Source: Balanoglossus misakiensis (Eukaryota > Animalia > Hemichordata). Taken from it: DNA of 64,000 nucleotides. The position numbers were made by a program, and so were the translations under genes. Every line of letters begins with the position of its first letter. Position 1 is the stretch's first letter. Location of the stretch: assembly GCA_040954595.2 (NCBI GenBank), contig CM082593.2:8751200-8815199 (forward strand), given 5' to 3'. Below, one piece after another: positions 28,101-40,100 of the stretch. The notes beneath the pieces are model-generated. The model made no database searches. It saw nothing but the letters and a program-made list of their open reading frames with translations, and was not told the DNA's origin.

Positions 28101-31100
28101 CGAATAATGGAAGATTTGACTTCACCATGGTAAGTGAAAAGATTTCTCTCAGTTACTATCTGCCTAGACATTGTGTGCTTATATACATGTAGTCCCAATT
28201 AAAGCGTGTAGCTCGTCTCACACGCATGTTCCAACTGTAGCCGCTGGTTACAGACGTTTAGTGAACAGTCAATCCAAACAACAGACAAGTTGGCGGCCAC
28301 CATAATCTGTGTCGGAGATCGGGAAAAGACACTAGCTTGGGTGAAAAGGAAGGACAAAACCAGAATCTACTTATAGGGTGCGCATGAAATATGGAATGAA
28401 GCGAAGGCAGTCCACTATTTGAATGCATCGAACGGAAAATTTGCTGGGAAGTTATGCCCATGCGCGTGAGACGATCTATTGCCTTTAAATACAGATGGCA
28501 CAGTTCAATTATATATTCGGTCATTAGGTTGAAAGCCACAGAGCTTCTGGTAATGAAAAATTCTGTGTACTTCACACATTGTTCGCTATAATTACAAAAA
28601 ATAAAAATGACGAATGCACACAGTAGGGCCACTACATGCAAATTTACAGCTCCATTAGCTTTAACTTTTCTTCATGTTTTCAGTATGATAGAAATAGAAT
28701 GCCCAGCATTTGGCTTATGAACGCAACGTACATATGTATTAGTCAATATTGTTATCGTGCCAAGTCTGTTTTCAAGTCCAGACTAGAATTCCACACACTG
28801 ATACAGGCTGTGTTGACAAGTGGAGTACTGGGTATTAAGATTCTGTTTGATGTAGCGCAAGAAATTGCATTTGATACACAGAAGACAAATACTGGAAATA
28901 AACCCAGCTTCAGTCCCTTTAATGTGTGACTTAAATGAAAACTCGACATACACACAAATTCAGAACAGGCGTTTTAAACCTGAGCCAAGTTTTTATGACC
29001 ACTTGTAGTTCTATTGTTTTATAAATTACTCACGTATTGTATTGTTGTCATACTTCAATGGTATATATGATTCCTGTATTGAGTATAAAACAAGACAAAC
29101 ACCATTGCCATGCCCAAATCCAATCCTTGTGAGTCAATAGGTACAGTCCCAGAACTGTCATGATTATACAGTAGGTGAGGTAGCTTTGCAAATGATATGA
29201 ATTCTTCTTGAAGTTCATGGTTATTGAAGTTTTAACCCACAACTTTCAGTTCAATTAGTTTTTGCAATCTAAATTTGGTGTTGTTAGCAGTGAAGTACTC
29301 ATACAGTTATCTGTTTCATCAGGCAATTTTACTGTTTGTTCACAGGAAGACCATGAAGTCTTCATACTGGAAACTGACACAACTGACCCTGAACAAGCCC
29401 ACCTTATTCTGAATGGAACACTTGATTTTGAATCACTACGAGTTTATCAAGTTGAAATCATGGTAATTGTAAGTATCATTTTACAAACTGTCTTCTCTTA
29501 TTGCACAACTGTTATGGTCAGATCTGAGATGAAAAGCTTTTCTGATTCTCATGATGATAGTCACTGCTTTGTCATATGCCAATATGCCCCTTGTCTGTGC
29601 ATGTGTGATACAGACAATATGGCCCGTTGACTCTCTCAGGCATATCCTGCTCAAATCTTAAAGCCCCTACAGCTGCCAAATTTTACTTTTTTTTTCCACA
29701 GCAAAATACTTCAAAGATATTCCCTATTCTCAAAACTCCTCACCATTAAGCCAAATTGCTTGCATTTATATCAGTTTGTCATCTCTTGGCTATGCATACC
29801 ACGATAGCTGCGTACTGTTTGTATGATGGAGGCTAATTAAATCGGTGCGGCACCTGTTTAATACATAGCCTGTTGAAATTGCAATATGCAGTCACAATCG
29901 ACCATTGATAAGGTGTTCATGTACACCTATCAGTAAGCTTATTTAGATGGACCAATTCAAGTTGGAAAATAAAATCATGAAATTAATGCAAAAGTGGCAG
30001 CTCTAGCGGCCTTAATCGTCTGCTTATGACCGATGTGAGGTATGACATCTATCATAGGGTTTTGTCTTTTGTATGAAAAGGTCACTGAAATGTAGTTCCA
30101 AAATATCTAGAACAGTCTAAAAAGCAATTTTACATTTAAACAAGAGTACCTTTTAGAGTGATGAGGCATAGGCATTACGGCAGAGAATGAGATTCCACTC
30201 AATATCACCTGTTTGTTGGGTTGAGAGTACCCCCTCCCCCTTTGTGTGGTTTTTGGCTGTGTCACATTCATTTTATACTGTAAGCTACGTACCTCTACCT
30301 CAAAAGAACAACTGTAGGCAGTGTGTCACTTTAGCTGGCGTCATCAGAGAAATAAAGCCACTGCCCTTGGTGTCAAAATTGTATTGATATGTACAAACAT
30401 GTTTAATTGGTGCAATGTGATTGGTTCTAATTGGTGCAATGTGATTGGTTCTAATTGGTGCAATGGGATTGGTTCTTACAAAAAAAAATTTGGTGCTGGG
30501 CAGAAGGACACACTGCCTACAGCAATTTTTTTTTTAGGTCCCATTGGTATAGGCATATATACCATGGGACCTTATGGGATCGGTTGCGTCTGTATGTATG
30601 TATGGGTGTATGGATGTATGGGTGGATGGATGTATGTCTGTATGTCCGTCCACATCAAAAACTTGAAAACCACTGCGCGTATCACCTCAATATTTGGTGT
30701 GCAGATGCAGGCAGGGCTGTTGATGGGAGTTTGTCCAAACGAAGTTGCCAGGCCCAAAAATATGCTAATTAGCTGGAAAAATGTGAAATTTATCAAAACT
30801 CTGAAAGTCAACAACTACTCGTCAGATTGCTTTAAAAATTGGTATGCATGTACCATATGTCAACCTCACATCGACCTGTAAGTGTTAAGTTAATATCATC
30901 GATGTTTTATTTTTTATGAATTTTTTAGTCTTTTTATTAAATTTATACCTTTACTTATACCTCTATGGTTAAGCTATGTCCACGTCTTATGGTGGAATTC
31001 TGGTCTGTGCAATACTCCTGTACAGTGACTGTCTATTGGTCAGTGAGCACAATGGGGCCAAAATAAAAGGCAAAATTTTTGGCTCACCTGTAACACCTGC

Positions 31101-34100
31101 TTAACACATTAATTATGTGCATACCTAACTCCGGGCTAACTAATAGGGCTAGAGGTTTCGTTCTTGTGGGACATGGACCAGTATAGGGTCAAAATTTCTT
31201 GCCCAAATTTTGGGTGACCTCAGGTGACTTTTGACCTACTTTATCATATCTTGGCATCCAGAGCAGGTACAGAATTGGCGTTTGGAGGGTTGGGACTAAA
31301 ATTGAAAAGCCAAAATTTGGGGTCACCTGTGACACCTGCATATCTCATTAATTATGTGCATTCCTAATTCCAGGCTAACCAATAGGGCTATAGGTTTGGT
31401 TTTTGTTGAACATGGACCAGTATAGGGTCAAAATTTCTTGCCCAAATTTTGCATGACTTCAGGTGACCTTTGACCTACTTTATCATATCTTGGCATCCAG
31501 AGCAGATACAGACTTGGCGTTTGGAGGGTTGGGACTAAAATTGAAAAGCCAAAATTGGGGGTCACCTGTGACACCTGCATATCTCATTAATTATGTGCAT
31601 ACCTAATTCCTGGCTAACCAATAGGGCTATAGGTTTGGTTTTTGTTGAACCTGGACCAGTATAGGGTCAAAATTTCTTGCCCAAATTTTGCATGACTTCA
31701 GGTGACCTTTGACCTACTTTATCATATCTTGGCATCCAGAGCAGGTACAGACTTGGCGTTTGGAGGGTTGGGACTAAAATTGAAAAGCCAAAATTGGGGG
31801 TCACCTGTGACACCTGCATATCTCATTAATTATGTGCATACCTAATTCCTGGCTAACCAATAGGGCTATAGGTTTGGTTTTTGTTGAACCTGGACCAGTA
31901 TAGGGTCAAATTTTTTTGCCCAAATTTTGCATGACCTCAGGTGACCTTTGACCTACTTTATCATATCTTGGCATCCAGAGCAGGTACAGACTTGGCGTTT
32001 GGAGGGTTGGGACTAAAATTGAAAAGCCAAAATTTGGGGTCACCTGTGACACCTGCATATCTCATTAATTATGTGCATACCTAACTCCAGGCTAACCAAT
32101 AGGGCTATAGGTTTGGTTTTTGTTGAACATGGACCAGTATAGGGTCAAAATTTCTTGCCCAAATTTTGCATAACCTCAGGTGACCTTTGACCTACTTTTC
32201 CATATCTTGGCATCCAGAGCAGATATGCTTATTGCTATGTTGCTATGTGCTATGTTGGCTTTGGCCCGATCTTGCTGCTTGCAGATCTGCTTGCAATGTC
32301 ACCTGTAATTTTTATTCTGGTGTGTCACTGTTTCCGCATAATCCTCAAATGGGACCACAGTGTCCTTGACGCTATTTTTTTTTTGGGTGGGGGGGGGGGG
32401 GAGTAGGGAGCGCCCTCAAACAAAACAACTGTACCTAACAGTCTAACTTATTTTTGATGCAAACGACAGCCACTCTAGTTGTGTTATGATCCATTCAATG
32501 TTTATATCTTCTCCACCGAACACACATTCACCCCTTACACTCATGGCATACATACAGATTGTGGAATATTTTATGAAAATAAAAGGCATTCAATTCAATA
32601 CATGTATATTGTATTATGTTTCTAGGATCGTGGTACATATCCTAGTTCACTGAACTCCACTGCTGATGCATTTGTGAATGTGAATGATGTTCAAGACACG
32701 ACACCTTACTTTTTATATTTGCCATATTATGATGAAGTAGATGAAAATGAAGTGGTAAGTGGATTCTTTGCCATTGTATGTTCCTGCAGTAAAACTTGTC
32801 TGAACCAAACACCAAAAGGACTGAAGAAACTGTTTGGTTTGCAGAGGTGTCTGAGGTCCTTTTAAAGGGACAAAATCTCTCTCTTGCTGCCCTTTTCCCA
32901 TTAATTTTGTTTGATACAAGACACCGTTTATGTTAGTCTACCTATGGATATATGGTGAATCAACAATCAACCACACACAACTGCCATCCCACTTGCACAC
33001 ACGAGAGTGAAAAACTCGCCAAAATGAATAATCGGTGTTTACCATTTATTCATTTGGCAAGATTTTACTCTCATATCCTGCAAACATTGAAACAGGATGG
33101 AAGTTGTGTGTGGTCAAATGTTGATCACTATATATCCACATGTAGACTACCATAAACGGTGTCTTGTATCAAACATAATTAATGGAAAAAGGGCAGCGAG
33201 AGAGAGACTTTGTCCCTCTAACATGTGCTTCTATGTCAAATGGGCTGGAAAATGGTGTTTGCTATAGACAGGTTTCCAGGTTTCGGTTTAGACAGGTTTG
33301 ACTGTATATGATCATTTGTCATTACGCTGGTAGGGGACTACCCACAGGTAGCGTATGGTTGTTACATTCCATGGTGTATGTAAATTTTTCGCAAAATCTT
33401 CTACCTGAAAAATTAGGATGGGAACACCTTGTGTTCAATTTACTTTTGTTTAAAATTTGGTACTATGGGTGCTTGGTTTGAATCCTGGCAGATACTGGTT
33501 TATTAATATCCAGCAGGACTATGTTATTTCCTATTTTTTTCAAATGAACTTTTTTTCTTGAAGGAACTTACCTTAAGCAATTGATTTTCTATTGTAGAAT
33601 GCAACTGTTATGACAGTTGCTGCATTGGATGGCGATAGAGGTATCCCAAATACTGTAGAATTTTACATTTTAGGTAAGTTGATCTTCATATATAGAAGTT
33701 TTTTTTTACTTAAAAAATGTCCTTCCCTTCTCATGGGAGTTTACAGATGGGATGTGTAGCGTGACATGCACATGTTTTACAATGTCTGTCCTTATATACG
33801 TACTGGAGTGTTCTTTCAAAAATTGCATTCAGACAGCAAAGAGTATCGGTCTATACCTGTTAATTTTAGGAAAACAATAAACTCATTGTCATAACAATGA
33901 AATGTATTGTTATACAAATAAACCAATACTGTATCAGAAATTCCTGGTGAGCCCACTGGACAGTGTGACATCAACAAAGCAATAGATATGTGGGCATGTT
34001 AATTGACACGGCCAAAAACCACACAAGGGGAGGGGGGGGGGGTGATCTCAACCCAACAAGACGACCACTGTTGAGATTGTAATAAGAAGTCATAGTTGGT

Positions 34101-37100
34101 ATTGAAATAGTGTTGTCTGCAACCTTACAGCTACAAGATGTACAAAATACATGTAAGTCAATTGTATGTAATTTCACTGTTATTTCTTGTCACTGCAGAT
34201 AATACTCAATTCCGGGTGGAGACACTGGGAGATACTGGACAAGGTGTTATTTTGACAAACGAAGCTTTGGACAGAGAGGAACAGAGCTTGATCACATTTA
34301 CTCTTTGGGTAAGAACCAACACATACAGCATCAATTTGACCGAAATATACCTTAACCTAGACTCTATGGCAGTCGCTGTGCCTGTCGATAATGAATAGAA
34401 CTTTTATACTGTGTGCAACGTTCCACCAGGCAAAGCAACAGTACATTTCTGTACACATATACTTGATATGAATATTCATGAGTAAGGCGAGGGGTGGGGT
34501 TAATTTGCTTAGAATGTGCAGAAGCGTACACAAGCTCGCAATAACGTCCAAAAATGCATATTCTATACGTGGTATGTACGCGTATAGAACATCATGTTGA
34601 CGCGACGCTAATTTGATTGACAGACATATGAGGTTCGAATGTTCTCCGCTACTTACCAAAATCTGGTAAAACCACTTGAGGGCATATTCTATACGTGGTG
34701 TGTAGGCGTATAGAACATCATGTTGACGCGACGCTAATTTGATTGACAGACATATGAGGTTCAAATGTTCTCCACTACTTACCAAAATCTGTTAAAACCA
34801 CTTGAGGGCGTTTACAGAATCGGTAAGACTGATGATTAGTGTCGCGTCCACAGGACGTTCTGTACGTAACATGGACGCGCATTTCAGTATCACACAGTCT
34901 TGGAGCAAGACTAGGTAAGAACCAACACATGCAGCATCAATTTGACCAAAATCAAGTATACCCTAACCCCACCCAAGCATTCCACCCCAGGCACACCTGA
35001 TTTTGACATTTGTGGGTGTGTACCCTAAATCACCCACACCGCCCACCCAAAAATATACAATAAATCTTTCTTATCACACCCTTGTACACACACCCATAAC
35101 TCACCCAAAAGTACCTTGTAACTTGAACAATCATGATGGTAGATAGATCTGCCTCACACCCTTACATTTTCTGTATGGTGTAGTTCAGTCATTTGTATCT
35201 AGGGTGTGTTCTAGGCGGGTAAGCATTAATTTTTTCTAAAATAATGCGCAGGTGTTGTTAGCATATGTTTTCATATACACCCCAAGTGACCCTACATTTA
35301 CAACACACTACCACTGTGTTGATATCTTCAGGCTATGTATATGGCCAGGATCTAATTTGGGTAAGTTTTTCCAGGAAGCAATCAGTGTGGCATTTTTATT
35401 CAGGCAAACATATTTATCAAAAGTTTACTGTATTGCTTGAGTTGTCTATGGTGTAATGTTTCTCAGAATAAAAATAGCTATACCTTGATTTCCTGACATG
35501 TACAAACATGTGTGCATACAAAGTGTGAGTATAAAAACAATGATCTGCAGTAATTAACAATAACAAAGCATCATAATTAAAGAAAATTTTGACCTTAGAA
35601 TAATTTTACTCAAGACATGACAACTGGTAGTTATTGAATAAACCGTTTGGTTATTAATACATTTATCCTTTAGGGAAAAAAAAAGTAAAAACAAAATGGT
35701 CAACTGCGAACTATTGACGAGACTATTTTTGCATCTTCGGTATATTTTGTTTTATGTTAGGTATAACATATTCATTCTCTGGTGAAATAATTTCTCTACC
35801 TCTTTTTCTAAGAGATGGGTTTCAGATGAGATACGGGTATGTTAGTTGTCAAAAAATGGGCCTTGATGGTTTTCCGGGAGTGCCTAATAGACTCAAGTAT
35901 TGGTAAAGGGCAATTAATTTCAACCAAAGCACAGCTTTGAGTTTAAACATGGTGCCTTAAAGTGGGCTTATTGGTGGGTGTACTTGAACACATTATCAAC
36001 CTCTGATTGTCACGGAACATCTAAATATGAACAAATTAAACGGGTGCCACAACTGATTTCTCAGCCTGTCAATTGCAGAAATAATCAACTACATGTACCA
36101 GTCTTGTGGTATGTGCACAAAGGTATTGGAATTTCCAAAAATTCAAAATATTGTTGTGTGTCTTTGGATAAGGAGAAGATTTCAATATATTATCAATTTA
36201 AAGATATCCTAAAAATGGCAGCTATTAAAGAGCTTTATTGTACTGATGCTAAAATTGACCATATGGTCACATTTGTCTTTGTATTTCAGGTAAGAGAAAG
36301 AGATACTAGTAATCAGCCGATGGCTTCCATTACATCAAATACTACAGTTAGTGTGACAGTCAAAGATATAAATGATGAGTCGCCACAATTTCAAGCTTCC
36401 CTCTATAATGGTACCATTCAAGAGAATTCACCAAATTCAGTTGCAGTGGATAACTTGGAGATGGTCATTATAGATGATGATCTTGTAAGTACTGAATTAC
36501 GAAAACTTTCCACTATTATATATTTAATTGCTTGCACAGTTACATTTAAACAAAGGTACCCATGTCTGAATGATAGTGATTTGACCTGAAAATCATCAAA
36601 AATTGATGTGATAATTAAGGTGGCATTGCATGAAAAGTTGTGATTTTTGCCAAATTTTACTTTTTTACATAAATCGGTAGGTCTAATACTGATCCACAAA
36701 AAGTCTTGGCAGAAATAGTGCATAATCACCCAAAAATAGCACTTTTCAGCTTAACAAAAAGGTGTCAACAATGCAAATGACTGTTTTTCACAGTGTGCAT
36801 TTTCACTGCTCTTGACAACTTCAGACGAAAATAGCTTCGCTCTGCGTTGGCCGAATTTGCTCAAATTTTAATAGGGGATTGTGTATGACCCATCCAACAA
36901 AACAAATTTTTTTTTTAGTCGATAAAATGTCCCTGGCGGGAATAAACTCTGATTCAATACAACTCACCGTGAATTTGATCAAATTTTCTAAAAATCTAAC
37001 TTTCAAACGCTGTTACTCCTCAATGGAAGCAGATAACGCAAAACAAAATTACCGTTTTTTTGCACGTGTACTCTAGTTTCGAATGACATATTAAGATGCA

Positions 37101-40100
37101 TGATGCATGGTCAAATTTTTTACCTAAATTAAATTTAATGACATAATATCAACAAATGGGTTTTTTAACCCAAAAACACCACCACTTCCGGGGATCAATA
37201 ATATATGCAACTCAAACAAAAGTTCAGAAACTCAGCTTCCTGAATATATATGGATTATGGGGGTTTTAACGTTGTCTTTGATGAGAAATAGGCCTCTGAA
37301 AAAGTCTCGACGGTTTCATGCAATGCCACCTTAATAATGTATATAATGGGAACCAAACTCACAACATATACGCACAAGCCATAGGGTGAGTCCATATATG
37401 GAGTGAATTGTTTTATATTGAGTAGTATACCCAGCCTCCGCAAAGGGTTATTGCTATTATATTATGTCATCTTCATTTTGTTACTTTCTAGACACCATAG
37501 TGAATAAGAATGGGCCACATACAAAGAATGGTTTTTCCTTATAAAAAGTGGTTAAATGAAATGGGCCCCAGAACAAGCATTTTAGCCCTCTCCAGAAATA
37601 CTCACGTACTTCAAATATGGGTACAATCGCAACAATAAGTTACATGTCACGTTGTCATGCCAACAAATGTTATTTTGAAGTGTCGACAGAAATAATTTTC
37701 CTGATATCTAAAATATGGTTAAACCATAGCTTGAATAATTAAAACAGGCTCTCAACCAATCACAACAGAGTATTTGTGGTGATGTTGCACTGATATAATA
37801 TAATTCTGTTCAGACTAGAATGAGAAACGACAGTTGAGACCCCAAAGACAAAAATACTGACAAAATAGTCCCAAGTTGGAGTTTCAGATTAAAGTGGATT
37901 GCACTGATACGGTATTCAGTAACTTGATTAAAGAGATATAAGCTGTAACTTTGGCTTTTTTGTTGTTGGTACTTTCTGTCTGTATCAAATGTAATTTCTT
38001 GCTCTACTCTTAACACCATGCTGCATATACCCAGTACTCTACTCGTCAACATAGCCTCTATGCATGTAAAAGGCATTGTTATTGTTGGTAAACGTATTCT
38101 AGTCTGAACTTGAATTGCAAAATAAAAATGCTGACTTACATGTATATTGTGTTGATAAGCTTAAATGTTGGACATTTCAACATGTTTCAGGAATTTGAAC
38201 AAGAAACTGCAGTAGATACGCAAAACAAAAATCCTGAAATCAGCGAACAGTTACAGATAACAGAGCTTTAATCATTTCAACCAATGTTCAATATTTGCAG
38301 GGTGATGGAGGCACATTTTCTCTGAGCATAATTGGTGACGCAGATTCAGAAGCTGCCTTCTATGTCAGTCCAGATGAGGGAAAAAACAGAGCATATGCAC
38401 TGATCCGAGTAAAGAACTCCACATATTTGGATTATGAGAAAAGGTCACGGTTTGACTTTCAGGTCAGTAACAACTTTGCCCCTTATTTTTTAATCATTCA
38501 CCGTTAAATGTAAGATTCAACTGATATTCTGTTAAAGGTATTTATTACAAAAATCACATCAGTTAAGATTCATGGTTGTATTCTTTGGCTGAAATATTCT
38601 GTAACTGTAAGCGTGAATTGAATTGAAGTTTAATGATTACCTGGAGTGAATTCTTTCATTCTTTGTTTCTTGTTTTCATCTCATGTATTTCAAAATATAT
38701 TTCACATCCTTCCATGACAGCTAAAAATCTGATGTAGATAATTAATAAGCAAAACTCCTCCGTCGAAAGATGTTGTCTTTCAGTGCCACAACATATAAAA
38801 AACATTGTAGTGGCACAGATATAATAAATTTGGAAATATGCAGATGACTGATGCAACAATGTACACTGTGTATATCAGAGGACAACATTGAATCGCATAC
38901 ACATAATTTTGACTCATAGGTTTAGTGAAGGCTTTATTTAAACAATAACCCCTGCTAAGACAGGCATCACACATGGCAAAGTCCCAAATATTCACATAGA
39001 GCAGTTTTTCAAAAATAAAACGTCCATGTTTTTTGTGTATTTATTTGGTTTAACCCCACATGTTCCCTCCTGTATGCTAGTTCAGTTTTAGCAGTGCTCT
39101 AGTGAGTTTTTTAGCATTGCTGGATTGAGCTCTCGTCCAATCTGAACAACGAATAGTAAAATGATATAATATGATACAAAATTTATCATATGAAATATTG
39201 ATAGGGATTACTGAAATAGTGTTTTAACACAATTATTTGACTTCCCAGGTGCTAGCTGAAGAGACAGTATCTGTGGAGAGACGCAATAGCACAGTGGATG
39301 TGACTGTATACTTGACAGACATGAATGATCATTCGCCAGTATTCGATCAAAATCCATATGAAAGTCATATTGATGAACATGCAGAGGATGGCACTTTTGT
39401 TGTGCAACTTAATGTAAGTAGCAGACATTTCTATTTCAGTACCACTACCATGTCACTGGTGTTCTCTCCATGAATTTCTTTTCAATGAATTTTGTGGGAA
39501 CAGAACTTTTATGTTATGAGTTGTGTGCATATTTTAGTGACTTGTTGTGTACCCTACATTTTCGCACTGGAAAAAATGAAAACATGCATTCTGTTACTGG
39601 TAATCTGGTTTGTTTTTGTATTAAAAGTAGCCACATTAACAAAGTAATTAGAATGATAGTTTGATCAACATTGTGTGATTTTCCTCACCCCCCAGGCAAC
39701 AGATGCAGATTCTGGTACTTTTGGAGAAGTACAATACTCTTTGGAGGGTGGCTCTTGGGAATTGTGAGTTTTGCACACTTTGCTTCTATGAGTTTCTATC
39801 ATAGGATTGTAAAAATACTTGTGACTTAAATCAGAGCCCAGACTATATGTCTAGAATCTATGTTGTTCTCAATGAGTAATTCAGGGGAAAATATTAAGAT
39901 CCACACTTGTATATAACCCACATGAAATAGGTCTGTTACCCGCCACCCCCCCCCCCCCCCCACACACACACACACACAAATCCTGTTGAGTATCAAGGAG
40001 AGAAGAACTTATGACCATTCTTCCTGGAACATCCCCATATAAAGACTAATTGAATCACACACTCCAAAGGACCTGGGGTCGTATTTCTCACACGAGTTGG

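Noticed and set aside
30321-30881. 186-aa ORF with repeated NWCNVIGS
   Set aside because: Produced by a 24-bp minisatellite and the microsatellite of the Helentron-associated element.
31065-32225. Possible CRISPR-like array
   Set aside because: Head-to-tail 239-bp units with no unique spacers, no cas genes, eukaryotic intron.
34357-34785. 142-aa ORF with a 42-aa internal repeat
   Set aside because: Reflects the 126-bp tandem duplication in a non-coding element.
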